DNA of 64,000 bases, taken from positions 34,038,001 through 34,102,000 of the forward strand of contig NC_043002.1 in the NCBI RefSeq assembly GCF_006345805.1. The letters run 5' to 3'. Positions 50,443 to 63,899 of this stretch are shown here, in pieces. The position numbers and the translations under genes are program-made. The notes beneath the pieces are model-generated. The model worked only from the letters and a program-made list of their open reading frames with translations. It ran no database searches and was not told the DNA's origin. This DNA is from Octopus sinensis (lineage: Eukaryota). Positions within the stretch are counted from its first letter, which is position 1, and every line of letters begins with the position of its first letter.

Positions 50443-51401
50443 TGAAGTTTCAACTCTTTCGTGTTGGCGCAAAGAACAATCATTGTTGTTGATTTTGCTT
50501 TTACTGCTGTTGTTATGTCGTTGCTGTTCAACCCTGATCCAACAGACCAATAATCAAAGACACTCCAACCATGACAATTTCTTGTTTTCAGATAATGGAT
50601 TACGTTAACCAGTGTGTGATATCAGGTGATGTAGTTGTTAATTGTAGCTGGTTAAACGACAATATAGAAGCGCCCTCATTGATTCAACATTCATTCTCAT
50701 CTTTCTTTCTTCCGACTTGCGGATCTTTTCCCTTTCAACGGCAGATCGAGAAATTAAGTTTTTGTAACTAAGCACTTTCAAACTTCGGACACTGGTAGAA
50801 TGTCTCATATAAAACATCTTTTACTCTTAGTGTATCCGAAGTTTGAAAGTGTTTAGTTACAAAAACTTAATTTCCCAATCTGCCGTTGAAAGGGAAAAGA
50901 TCCCAACTTGCTTTCTTTCCTTCCTTCCTTCCTTCCTTCCTTCCTTCCTTTTTTTCCGCAAATGTTTCTTTCATTTCTCTTTTACTCTCTCTTTCTCTCT
51001 GTCTCTGTGTGCCTGTCTCTCTCTCTTTTTCTCTCGCCTTTTCCCTTATTCTCCTTTCCTTTCTATGTTGCTTTCTCTCTCTTATTCTCTATCCACCAGT
51101 AATTACCTCTATCCAAACTCCACAGCCATTAACTAATGACAATTCATGCTACTCACTCTACACCCTTCACTCACCCATACACAACAAGAATGTCCTCCTC
51201 TGAGCTTCCCTTGGTCCTCTCCACTAATAAACACAGCTAACATTCCTGTACCCAGTCCACACAAGCACCTGTTTGACAACAGCAAGCTTCTCTCCCCTCT
51301 TTCTCCTCTTCCTCGTTCCCTCCTCCTTCTACTACTATTACTACTACTAATGCTGCTGCTACCGCCACATGTACTACCACTACCACCACCACCACCACTT
51401 G

Positions 51402-51455
<54 letters not shown>

Positions 51456-51829
51456 AAACAGTCAATTATAAGAGGGGTCTCCCCCTTCTGTGATACTATC
51501 TGCCAGCACAATTCATTTAACAGACATACCACATAAAGGAGATATTAAAATCATCCATTCACGTCTCTAATTCTCTCTTTCTCTTTCTCCATCTCCAAAT
51601 CATCTCTTTCTCTCTCACCTATTCTTTATCTCTCATTCTCTCACTCTCTCACTCCTATTTCTCTCACTCTCTCCCATTGCTCTTATTATCTCTCTTTCGC
51701 TCCCACCATATTCCTCTTTTTCTCTTACTCATTAAAACCGCTTTCATTTTGCTTCTATCATTACTCACATCCCTTCTACAATTTTCTGAACGAAATCCAG
51801 ATCTATTCTCAGACATTTACCAGCATCCA

Positions 51830-52250
51830 TGGGCATATCCCAATTGAGTAATTTAATCTGCAGATTTTATTGAACATGTCTTCAATAGTAGACAGTTTTA
51901 GAGAATCTGAGGAAAATGCTCTTAATTAGGATATTAGTTATGGTCCTAAGGTGGTAGAATATATGTCTATGTAGCTAGTGGAAGAATTATCTGGGTTACA
52001 GTAGGGTCTGTAGAGAGAAGTAGTGAGATCTGCAGTTACATCAAGCAAGTTAACCATTATTAGGGTCAATTTTATATTCTACAGCTAATGCGAAGTCCGA
52101 AGAAAATATGTAGTTCCTTCTATTAAAACTTATTGATAGATTTTAAAAAGTACATCGAGATTTTTTTACTTAGAATAGAAATGACTCCAAACAATGCCCT
52201 AGGATCGATCTTTAAGAGAGTAATAGTGAGAAGTTTTTGTTTTATTGTGA
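51830..52250 (-). pseudogene. Penelope-like RT fragment (motif 7/thumb)
   Basis: VNLLDVTADLTTSLYRPYCNPDNS..YID..; IEDMFNK; many stops. Confidence 0.7.
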
Positions 52251-52427
52251 TACCGGTTGTTGCTGTCGTTTAGTCTTAGATCAGCCTTGATCGACCACAT
52301 CTATGAGCAAAAGCGTTCCAATCATGATCATCCTTTCTTTCTGTACATCCATGTCTAATTTTCTTAAAATATCATTTATATATTTTCAAGACGTTAGAGT
52401 GTAGTTTGAGGGAGATTTGGTTACTAT

Positions 52428-52975
52428 TGAGCTGGCAAAATTGTTAGCACACTGGGCAAAATGCTTAGCAGGATTTCGTCCGTCTTTTTCCGTTCTGAGC
52501 TCAAATTCCGCCGAGGTCGACTTACACTTTCATCCTTTCGGGGTCGATAAATTAAGTACCAGTTGATGTAATCGACTACCCCCATCCCCCAAATTTCAGG
52601 CCTTGTACCTATAATAAAAAGGATTATAATTTAAATCGTTAGCACGACGGACAAAATTATTTGCGTCATTACATTCGGAGTTCAAATCCCGCCGAGTACG
52701 ACTCTGCCTTTTATCCTTTTAGGGTCGATGAAATAAGTACCCGCAGAGCACTGAGGTCGATGTAATCGACTAATACCCCGTTCCAAAATTTCAAGTCTTG
52801 TGCCTATAGTAGAAAGGATTATTATTTGAACTGTCAGTACGCCGAACAAAATACTTTGCGGAATTACGTTCGGAGTTTAAATTCCGTGGAAGTCAAATTT
52901 TGCATTCGAGCACTGGGATCGATGAAGTCGAATGCTCTTCCCCAACAATTTCAGGTTTAATGTTTATAGTGGAAA
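52428..52975 (+). mobile_element. Three tandem SINE family A copies of decreasing quality
   Basis: Head, central domain and tail repeated at about 52430, 52630 and 52825. Confidence 0.85.
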
Positions 52976-52992
52976 CAATTATTTTAGCGACT

Positions 52993-53582
52993 GGCATCTG
53001 GAATATCGCCAAAGGAGATCGATAAAATAACTTAGCGTTTCGAAAAACGTAATCGATAAAATAACTTAGCGGTTCGCCAAACGGGTTCGATAAAATAACA
53101 TTAGTGGTTCGCCAAAGGTGATCAATAAAATAACTTAGCTGTTCGCCAAAGGAGATCCATAAAATACCATAGCGGTTCGCCAAAGGATATCGATAAAATA
53201 ACATAGCGGTTCGCCAATCATTGATCGATAAAATAACATAGCGGTTCGACAAACCTGATCGATAAAATAACATTAGCGGTTCGCCAAAGAAGATCGATAA
53301 AATAACTTAGCGGTTCGCCAATCGTGATCGATAAGATAAAATAGCGGTACGCCAAAGAAGATCGATAAAATATCTTAGTCGTTCGCCAAAGAAGATCAAT
53401 AAATTAACTTAGCGTTTCGCCAATGGAGATCGATAAAATAACTTTGCATTTCTCAAATCGTGATCGATAAATTAAATTAGCGATTCGGCAAACGTGTTCG
53501 ATAAAATATCAGCGGTTCGCCAAAGGATATCGATAAATTAAGTTAGCGGTTCGCCAGAGATCGATAAAATAACTTAGCGGTT
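52993..53582. repeat. Minisatellite of about 31 bp (GATCGATAAAATAACTTAGCGGTTCGCCAAA)n
   Basis: About 18-19 degenerate units by eye. Confidence 0.9.
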
Positions 53583-53599
53583 CTCTCGGACTCTCCCTC

Positions 53600-54530
53600 G
53601 CTTTCTCTTACTCTCTATCTTTCTCTATCTATCTATTTCTCTCCTATTTATAAAAAATTAGATTTCCGCGCTTAAATTACAAATCCGCTTCCACTTTACC
53701 ATGTTGAAAATTAGATTGAAATCGGGTAAAAGGTGTCCAATCTAGATCTCCAAGTGTCCCCCAAAATCAATAAAATCACCGTTTTCACACCAAAGCAACC
53801 ACTGTGGCGCCCCAAAACGTCTCCCAATAAATTTCTCATCTCAAGTTACCCCTCCTGTAAATTTTAATTCCCTTCCAACCCCCATTTAGACCCCTTTTTT
53901 TACACAAAAATCCAATTTGTATGAACGTTCGCCTCCTTCATTTTATAGGTTAGACATATATACCCGGCCTTGCTCGGGATTAAAATAGTTTATTATTGTT
54001 TTACTTGTTCCAGTATTATAACCCGATTTCATTCTGGTCTACGCGAGTCATATTTTAAAAGATGAAGAATTTTGCCCTACAATTTGAAAAAAATGATATT
54101 TTTACTATTGTCTTTGTTTAAGTAAAAACGAGCTTAAACATAAAAACATAAAAGAAACTTCTTCGAAATAAGGGAAACTACTGTATTTTTAATTATAAGG
54201 CAATTTAAGACATACAAAATGTATGTTTATCCAAAATAGTCTACTGTAAATTAATGAAGAAAGTTAAAAATAATGTTTTATCCCCACTTTTTTAATGTTT
54301 TATATTTTAAATATGAACATGTTATTACGACAATGGTATCAAGTTTTATCTAAAAACATCTACGGGGAGCAGATTTGGTATGGCAATATCCACAAAATGA
54401 AATCTATGTCAAAACTGAAATATTGTAGTATTAATGTTTTACCTAATATTAAAATTTTGCCAAAACTTTTCTGGCAAATTTCTCTTATAAAACCCATCTA
54501 AAACACGGTTGTCTTTTTTTCTTTTTAACT
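53600..54530 (+). mobile_element. Probable tandem Helentron-like non-autonomous elements
   Basis: Junction ATTTTATAGGT-TAGACATATATACCCGGCCTTGCTCGGG at about 53940-53980 shows the same CCCGGC..GCTCGGG hairpin as 37404-37419. Confidence 0.45.
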
Positions 54531-54982
54531 TTATCATGAACCTCGAAAAATAACCATACCTTTGGGTTGTTGGTTGCCACAGATGTAAAGCAGGGCAATG
54601 CAATGCCCGGGCAGTGTAATGCTGTATAGTATTGTGTAATATGAAGTCATCTAGTGTGATGCAGCAAAGAATAACTTAGAGTAGTGTAGTAAGTTATACA
54701 GTGGCCTACTAAATACGAATTAATGTAGTGTGACATAATAATACTAATACCACAATACATCAAATAGATGTTACCCTATACCTCAATAACACAGAATACT
54801 TTTTTGTATCAATTGGTTTATTTCTTTGATTGGAGTCTAGTCCTTCTATTTGGCACCTGATAGAGGTGCTTTTTGTACTTTCGTTCGTTAAAGTGTCTTC
54901 AGACATTTATTGGCAGTAGATTAGGTAGTAGTCAAAAAGAAACATGAATAAATCAACGGCATGGTTGTGTGTTTAAGAAGCC

Positions 54983-55602
54983 CTCTAAGGCGGCGAGCTG
55001 GAAGAAACGTTAGCACGCCGGACAAAATGCGTAGCCGTATTTCGTCTGCCGTTACGTTCTGAGTTCAAATTCCGTCGAGGTCGACTTTGCCTTTCATCCT
55101 TTTGGGGTCGATAAATTAAGTACCAGTTACGCACTGGGGTCGATATAATCGACTTAATCCGTTTGTCTGTCCTTGTTTGTCGTCTCTGTGTTTAGCCCCT
55201 TGTGGGTAGTAAAGACATAGGTATTTCGTTGGGTCTTTATGTTCTGAGTTCAAATTCCGCCGAGGTTGACTTTGCTTTTCATCCTTTCGGAGTCGATTAA
55301 ATAAGTACCAGTTACGCACTGGGGTCGATGTAATTGACTTAATCCGTTTGTTTGTCCTTGTTTGTCACCTCTATGTTTAGCCCTTTGTGGGCAATAAAGA
55401 AATAAGAAACGTCAGCACCCCGGGCGAACTGCTTAGCGATATTTCGTCTGTCTTTACGTTCTGAGTTCAAATTCCGCCGAGGTCGACTATGCCTTTCATC
55501 CTTTCGAGGTCGATGAATTAAGTACCAGTTGCGTAGTGGGGTCGATCTCATCGACTGGTCCCCTTCCCCCAAAATTTCGGGCCTTGTACCTAGAGTAGAA
55601 AA
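54983..55602 (+). mobile_element. Trimeric SINE family A with a 12-bp TSD, nested in a SINE B head
   Basis: GTTTAAGAAGCC at 54971-54982 and 55603-55614; three central domains. Confidence 0.9.
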
Positions 55603-55614
55603 GTTTAAGAAGCC

Positions 55615-56085
55615 TGCTTTACAACCACTTATTTTCGGGTTCGGTCCCACTACCATGCACCCTGCACAAGTATTTCTATTATAGTCTTGGGTCGATCAAT
55701 GTCTTGTGAATGGATCTGATGACTAGAAACTGTGAGGAAGCCGGTCACCTATACACGCACACACGTGTGTGTGCGTATACGTCCATGTGTTTGCGTGTGT
55801 ATATGTGAGTGTATGCATGCATGTGTGTGTGAGTGTGTGTGTGTGTGTGAGTGTGTGTGTATGTGTGTGTGTGTGCTTCTGCTTATATTGTGTTTGTGCC
55901 CACGCCACCTACCGCTTGTCAACCGGTGCTAGTTTGTTTACGTCTTCACAACTTAGCGGTTCAATAAAATATACCAAAAGAATAAGTACTTGAGCCAATT
56001 TATTTGGTATTAAAAAAAAAAAAAACCTTTGAGGCAGCGCCACAGCTTGGTCGCAGTCCAATAACTGAAACATATAAAAGATATA
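55615..56085 (+). mobile_element. Diverged SINE family B (host of the trimer; head starts near 54955)
   Basis: Continues the interrupted head, then body, (GT)n and tail. Confidence 0.75.
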
Positions 56086-56247
56086 TTATAGATAAGTGTA
56101 TTGTGAGCCCAGCACCGTTGTTGGCTTTTCGTACTGTTCAGGCTTAAATCTACATTACCTTAACGTAGCTAAATTGGTGGAACTAAGTAGTGAATGTGAA
56201 TCACATAAAACAGACTAGCGTTATATCCAGGAGACGTGGAAAATATG

Positions 56248-56645
56248 TACTCTTTTTTTACTTGTTTCGGTCATTTGACTGTGGCCATGCTGGAGCACCA
56301 CATTTAGTCGAGCAAATCGACCCCAGGACTTATTCTTTGTAAGTCTAGTACTTATTCTATCCGTCTCTTTTACTGAACGTAAACACACCAGCATCGGTTG
56401 TCAAGCGATGTTGGGGGGACAAACAGAGACACAAGCATATATATGCACACATAAATAAATACATATATATATACATATATACTACGGACTTCTTTCAGTT
56501 TCCGTCTACCAAATCCACTCACAATGCTTTGGTGGGCTCGAGGCTATAGTAGAAGACACTTGCCCAAGGTTCCATGCAATGGGACTGAACCTGGAACCAT
56601 GTGGTTCGTAAGCAAGCTACTTACCACACAGCCACTCCTACGCCT
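56248..56645 (-). mobile_element. SINE family B, full length
   Basis: Tail, short microsatellite, body and head. Confidence 0.88.
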
Positions 56646-58099
56646 AAGGTTAGGTTCTTTTAGAAGATATCCTCTCAGTAGGTGGTGGTGGTGGGGGAGA
56701 GAGGTAACACCAAATACTGAAAAGAAACGTATTTAAGATTGATACACAACAAATATGAATGATAGATAGAAAATCAGGTGAAAATTGAACCTAAATCTTT
56801 GGAAATAAACATCAAAAATATACATCAAATGTTAATCAAATGATACCTTCTGACTAATGATTTATCATTTTAGTGATGTGTGTGAAGATGATGATGATGA
56901 TGGTGGTGGTGGTGGTGGTGGTGGTGTTGGTGGTGGTGGTGATGATGATGATGATGAATTCACAAGTCGATAGAGCCTCACAGGTGTTTAATTGTGGTTG
57001 CGCGCGCACACACACACATTTATATAAACCTTCATACGTGAGTACGTACATACATATATAAGTATGTGTGTGTATATATATACACGAATATATATGTTGT
57101 GTGTGTATGTATATATATATATATATATATATTTGCATACGCACATGTGTGTGTGCATGGGTTGAATATACCACTTGACACGTAAAACACACAAATATGT
57201 TTCGATATTTATCACTGTAATTATGAATATATTACATATTCACACTTATATACTGACATATAAACGCACACACACACACTTACATAGACATTGATACCTC
57301 CATTCACACTCAAACTCGCACAAATTCAAAAACATCCGAGAACATTAATGTGTATTTAATGTGTGCATGTGTGTGTTTGCGTAGTATGTAAGGTCTTTTA
57401 ATGTACGTGTGTGTGCGTTTGAGTTCCTATGTATGTGTAATTGTTTAGGTGCTAGATTTATATACGAGTGTGGTGTTTTATATAGCCTTTTGTAGGTGCA
57501 TATGTATGGTATATACTTGTGTATATTGCGGAGTTTACACACCGCAATGTGTGTGTGTATTTGTGTGTGTGTGTGTGTGTGCATGACAGTGTAGATATCC
57601 ATGTTTGTAGAAAATGTGTACATGGGCGTATGTGTACATGCGTGTGTCAACACGTGTGCATGTCTGTAGGTATGCAAGTGTATGTACGTGTGTATATGTG
57701 TATATATTTGTGATCTGTTTCCTACCCGGGTATCCAGGTTGAGTTAATCGTTCCTTTACGTATCCTTTGTCCCCCTGTTCTCTCCCCCAGATGGAGGTCG
57801 TTAACAGATCAAGGAGGCGGTGCCTATGAATAAGGTCTCTGAAGACGCTTCATAAAAGGAAAGTGGGAGTTGGGTAGGGACTTCCGACTTTCATCTTAAC
57901 TAAGTAATCGCCGAATATTGTCACCTTGATTCCGGAGCGGTGGGTAACACCCCCTCTTGAGGACGGCTTGAGACGTCAGCTGCCACTGGCTACTTATTCA
58001 CCAGTTAAACACTCCAGCCCATAGCCTTTCAAGGAATGGCTGTACGTGAAAAGATTTAGGGTATCGGTGCGAGTCTGTAAATGTGGGTTTCTTTCTTAC

Positions 58100-58198
58100 C
58101 ATTTCTTTTATCTTTTACTAGTTTCGGTCATTAGATTGTGGCCATGCTACAGCACAACCTTGAAGAATTTTTAATCGAATGAATCGGCCCTGGTACTT

Positions 58199-58229
<31 letters not shown>

Positions 58230-58822
58230 TTGAAAGTCTGGTACTTGTTCTATCGGTCACTTCTTCCGAAACGCTAAGTTACGGGGTGCTAAAGTTTCTT
58301 ATTTCTTTATTGCCCACAAAGGGCTAGACATAGAGGTGACAAACAAGGACAGACGAAGGGATTAAGTCGATTACATCGACCTCAGTGCGTAACTGGTACG
58401 TAATTTATCGACCCCGAAAGGATGAAAGGTAAAGTCGACCTCGGCGGAATTTGAACTCAGAACGTAACGGCAGACGAAATACCTATTTCTTTACAAGGGG
58501 CTAAACACAGAGAGGACAAACAAGGGAACGTAAACACACCAACATCAGTTGCCTAGTGGCGGTGGTGGTGGTGGTGGTGGTGGTGGTGGTGGTGGTGGTG
58601 GTGGTGGTGGAGACAAACGCAGACACAATGATACATGCATACACAAAGATATAGATATGTACGACTGGCTTCCTTCAGTTTCCGTCTACCAAAGCCACTC
58701 ACAAGGCTTTGATGGTCCGAGGCTATAGTAGAAGTCACTTGCCTAAGTTGCCATGCGATGAGACTGAACCGAGGACCATGTGGATTGGAAGCTAACGTTT
58801 TACCACACAGCCACGCCTGCGC
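58100..58822 (-). mobile_element. SINE family B with a nested composite SINE A (about 58275-58525)
   Basis: The B tail is split at TTACGGGG / ACGTAAAC by family A modules. Confidence 0.85.
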
Positions 58823-59090
58823 CTTAAAAATTCTTTTCTTCCTCATCTATTTCTCTGCTCTCATAACGAACTCTTACACCCATCTTTTGTCATTCGCATC
58901 TCCTTCTCTCACTCTCTGTCTTTATTTCTCTCTCTCTCTCTCTCACGTACACACACACACACACACAAACAGATTCTTTCGAACTTTATCCATCATCCAT
59001 TCAAAATGAGTCCATTGAATGGGGGTGGTGAAAAGGTTGGTGCCTCCGCGATGTGGATACTCCGCTGTTGGCCTTTCAGCAGAGCTGATT

Positions 59091-59124
<34 letters not shown>

Positions 59125-59169
59125 GAAGAGAAAAAGAGAGAGAGAAAGTGAGGTGAGAACGGGATAACT

Positions 59170-59339
59170 AACATTTCTTGTTTCATTTGACTGTAGCCAT
59201 GGTGGAGCACCATCTTTAGTCAAACAAATCGACCCCTGTACTTATTCTTTGTAAGCCTAGTACTTATTCTATCGGTCTGTTTGCTATGTTACGGCGACGT
59301 AAACATACCAACATCGGTTGCAAAGTGATAGTGGGGGAC

Positions 59340-59371
<32 letters not shown>

Positions 59372-59528
59372 TATATACAACGGGCCTCTTTCAGCTTCCG
59401 GCTACCAAATCCACTGACGAGACGTTGGTCGACCCGTAGTAGAAGACACTTGCCCAAGGTTCCATGCAGTGGGTCTGAACCGGTACCATGTAGTTGGGAT
59501 GTAAGCTTCTAACCACACAGCCACGCCT
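59170..59528 (-). mobile_element. SINE family B
   Basis: Tail, (TA)n, body and head. Confidence 0.85.
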
Positions 59529-59734
59529 ATATATATATAAGTTCAGCAAAATTTAGATTCAAATGAATATGGTACTTAAGTCAGATGCACCAGACTTTTG
59601 TACGGTGTTATCCATATAAATCCATGGGGTGAATATAATCAAAGTAAGCAACAAGAATATCTTCGGTAATTTGGTACGAAGATATTCTTGTTGCTTACTT
59701 TGATATATATATATATATATTATATATATATATA

Positions 59735-59965
59735 GTTAATCCAAACAAGAAAGCACAAAAAAAAAACACAACAACGCGAGGACGTAGAACAAATATAGTA
59801 TTATTGGACGCTCAGGAAAGAAGGAAAGAAGGGGGGGGGGGTTAACGTTTCGAGCGGAGCTCTTCGTCGGAAACATCGGAGAAGAAAAGATCCAGAGAAG
59901 GGAAGACAGAGGGAAAAAAATCGCCAACGGTACACACGAGGTCACGTTTTGAAAGACCGGAAGGA
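59735..59965 (-). mobile_element. Short element flanked by (TA)n with an HHR-like motif at 59841-59874
   Basis: GTTT-CCGACGA-A-GAGC(TCC)GCTC-GAA-ACGT-T-AAC; homologous to 18729-18940. Confidence 0.7.
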
Positions 59966-60265
59966 TATATATATATATATATATAGTATATATATATATA
60001 TATACATACATACATATATATACATACATATATATTCCCCTGTATATACTTTTTTTATTTGCAGGTTAACCAGGCTACCATTGGTTTCATGGTACGAGAG
60101 ATATCTCTTGGCAATTATCAAGCCTGTCGCATGGAACGTTGGTGTTCGTCTCCATCTTGGAGCCTGGTCAATGGTAACCTGGTTAACCTACAAATAAACA
60201 ATATTCATCCTCCAATGAGGTGTTGGGCACTCGTTCTAACTGTTCGATATTAACGTGTGCGCGCT

Positions 60266-60340
<75 letters not shown>

Positions 60341-60363
60341 GTGTGTGTGTGTGTGCATATGTA

Positions 60364-60451
<88 letters not shown>

Positions 60452-61032
60452 TTATATACATTTATATATAAAAGCGTAGGCTCGAAACGTCAAAAACTTT
60501 TCCATTTTCCCGAGCGTCATACTAATACACCTGCTTGTCGTTTCCTCACCTGTCTTCGGCTTTTGTTTTCTGTGAATTTGAACTGTATATATGAGCAGTA
60601 AAAATCTTCAGCGGCTCATGTTTCGGTACTAAGATAAAAGAAAAGTTAATGACATAAAGATGAACAATGTCCGTTGTAGTAACAGAAGGCACAAAGAGAT
60701 GATACAGATTCAAAGATTGTGCAAAAATTTATATCGTTCCATAGAACAATATGAATATTGTTTCTATAGAAACGGCTTACTTGAATGTCAGTTAAAACTA
60801 AATCGTATCTGTATTGCAACGAACTAGAGTGCTAGTGGTTCTCTCTAGCTTGTTATAAGTAAATCAAAAATGCATTTTTTTTTCTTTGGTGTGTTAGTAT
60901 ATAGCTGATTATTTTTAAAAGAGAGAAGCGAGGAGAGAAACAAACAAGCATGCAAACAAAGATTACAGTACTGTAATCCAAGTAATCACTCGTCATTTTC
61001 ACATAGCTGCCATCAACCCCAACAGTGGAATA

Positions 61033-61546
61033 CCGTAAATCCTCGACTATAGTCTGCACTTGAGTATAATACGCAGGGAATTTGTAGGGGGCTGTACCTC
61101 TGAAAAACCTAAACCTTGTGTATAATATGCACCCCTTCTCTAACTTGAGTCAAGAAGGTCTATATAACGTTCTTGGTTTGTAAAACTGTATACGGTAACG
61201 TCCTTTATTATTATTGTATATACAACATAATGCAAACGTGTAGCGTTTTTGTGCATTTTGTTTGCAGAAAATAAAGAAATAACAGTAATAACGTTTAATA
61301 AATGTTGCTTACTGCATGTTATAGATGATTCTTTTATGACTTCATTGCTTTCAGACTTAGCTTAAGGTATTTTCGCGTCTGACATTACAAAATGCGTCTG
61401 AATAAACATTGCCGGACAGCAAATAGAGACTCGGACATTGCTTAGAAAATAATTTTCATTTTTAACCTCGTATATAGTATGTACTAGGGATTTTGAACTT
61501 TAAATTTTAGGTGGGGGGGATGCGGATTATATTCGAGGATTTACGG
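61033..61546. mobile_element. Tc1/pogo-type MITE
   Basis: TA|CCGTAAATCCTCGACTATAGTC ... GATTATATTCGAGGATTTACGG|TA. Confidence 0.9.
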
Positions 61547-61845
61547 TATTCTAAATACTCTATATGTGATATGAGGTGTTTTTTTACAACCAGTTGGACT
61601 GAACTGCGGAGAGTTTACTGAGCTGACCATAAATACAATGTACTACTTCGGACAGATGACAAACAGCCGCACTCATATTGATTCGTCCTTCACTGCTCTG
61701 TCAATATCTGTTTCATGCAGACGTACTTGTTGATTTCTCTATATTGCAGTTTAGGACCATCGCAACCCGGATCGAGAAACGTTTTCCGAGTATGGTTTGA
61801 TACTGTAGACCACTCTTTCATTTCTTTCTTTCTCTCTCCCCCTCA

Positions 61846-61915
<70 letters not shown>

Positions 61916-62914
61916 ACACAAGTACACACACAGTTGTTCATACAAATATATATAAACAAATATTAAAAAATAGAACATATTACACGTATGCAATACTTTG
62001 AATATTGATATCACCGTTACCGCCACCACTAATCCACCACCATCACCACCATCACCACCAAAAAATGCTACCATCATCATTGCCAACCGAATGCCCTGAC
62101 CTATACTAAGGGCAAAAGTAAATGAAGCCCTTAATGGTTTAGTGCGAACACAATGTAACATCGTTAAATGTGTCAAGCATGATGAACTATAGGGCCCTAC
62201 TTGAACAATCCATCATGACAATCTTAACTAATTAGCCAACATTTATATATTCTAGTGTCCCCAGTATAGTTACGTCTTACCTGTAAATCGTGTGTTCATC
62301 CAGCCCCAACTAACTATGTGAGAGTCGCATGAGAAATAGGTGTTTATCTGTAAAACTTGATATCGGCGTGGGAGGTTTACTTGCTACCCTTGTAAAAGGG
62401 GTTGAAATAAGGATGGTGTTCGTTGAAATACTATATCCTATTATAAAACATTGATAGAGAAATAGATGATAAATAAAACAAGAGATGACAAGAAAAAAAC
62501 AAAACAAAAACCACTAGAGTTTGAAGTAACTAATGCAGGGATCTCTGTCGGTAAAAGACAGTTAATAAGATATGTAAAATAAGATAAGTTAGGGTATCGT
62601 GAGGAGAGGCGAGTTCTGAAGTTTCGTTTAGGTGTAATCGGTCCTCAAGGTACACGGACATATCTCATTTTACGAAGTTAACCCGCTTGATATGTTGATG
62701 AGTGCTAGTGGACTGATTGTGAAATTATCCCACGCACTCGTGTGATATTTGTAAAGTCCTGATATTATGATCAGCGCTAGCCACCATGCTGACTTCAAAA
62801 AGGAAAGCGAGTTTTGTTCCACTAAGAAAGTTAAATAATTACAAATATGCGCTGAAATCAAAATCTAGAATCAGTTCACAAATGTTTATCTGATTAATAT
62901 ATTGTCAAGATTTA

Positions 62915-63112
62915 AGGTGGCGAGCGGGCAGAATCATAAATGCCTATCGGCATTTCGTCCGTCTTTAAGTTCAAAGTTCAAATTCCGCCGAATTTGACTT
63001 TGCCTTTCATCCTATCAGAGTCGATAAAAGAAGTACCAGTTGAACACTGGGTTCGATGTAATCGACTTAGCCCCTCCCCCGAAATTCCTGGCCATGTGCC
63101 AAAAATTGAAAT
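62915..63112 (+). mobile_element. SINE family A
   Basis: Head, central domain and tail. Confidence 0.85.
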
Positions 63113-63626
63113 CAATATATTGTCAAGATCTTACCTGGTTCAAACACTGAAATATTGTACTGATGACATATCTGTAGACATAACCTTAACTAATAATCTA
63201 ATATTCTATGGAATATCTGTAGAGCTAACCCTAAAAAGTAATGTAAAATATTGTAATCCAAAATAAATACCCAGTTTCAAGTTAGAGTAAAGAGTATTGT
63301 GTTTTGCTGTTATTAAAGTAATTGTCTTGGATGCCACCGCAACCCCAAGTCAACCGTAGAGTACACTGGAACTTTTAGTAGATTCAGGTAACCTGGAAAA
63401 AGCAGACATTTATGCGTCATGCTCAGAGACACAACGCAGTGGCCGAGGCGTGATCTGATCTTATGTCCAGTATGACCACAAGTTCTGATCAGTAGTTGTT
63501 ACACCTGAGCATCAGAAATATATTTTGTAGGTATTGAACACAGGCTGGATGAGAAAGTTCTTTAATGATGCTTCGGGTATGTTATTGAGTTATCAGATAT
63601 ATGAATAAGCAGGTTGTGTCTGTCTG

Positions 63627-63659
<33 letters not shown>

Positions 63660-63899
63660 ATCTATCTATCTATCTATCTATCTAGCTATATATATATATA
63701 TATATATATATATGCATATGCACACACACACACACTCTCTCTCTCTCTCTCCTCTCTCTTCTCTCACACACACACACACACACAAACACACAAACATCTA
63801 TTGTATATAGATCAAGATGACGGGGACTTAAGGTTTCACCTATCGGCTTGTGGCTTGCTCAACCAGGTTGAACAAGTCGGTAGGCGAAACCTGAAGTTC

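Noticed and set aside
52893-53273. 126-aa repetitive ORF
   Set aside because: It is the translation of the 31-bp minisatellite.
52993-53582. CRISPR-like regular repeats
   Set aside because: Head-to-tail degenerate units without unique spacers, in a eukaryotic context with no cas genes.
57760-57850. Strong splice acceptor CCCCCTGTTCTCTCCCCCAG
   Set aside because: All three frames stop within 14 codons and no partner exon was found.
62580-62861. Unique-looking stretch with a hydrophobic 63-aa ORF
   Set aside because: No recognisable domain, weak splice signals, and a length expected by chance.
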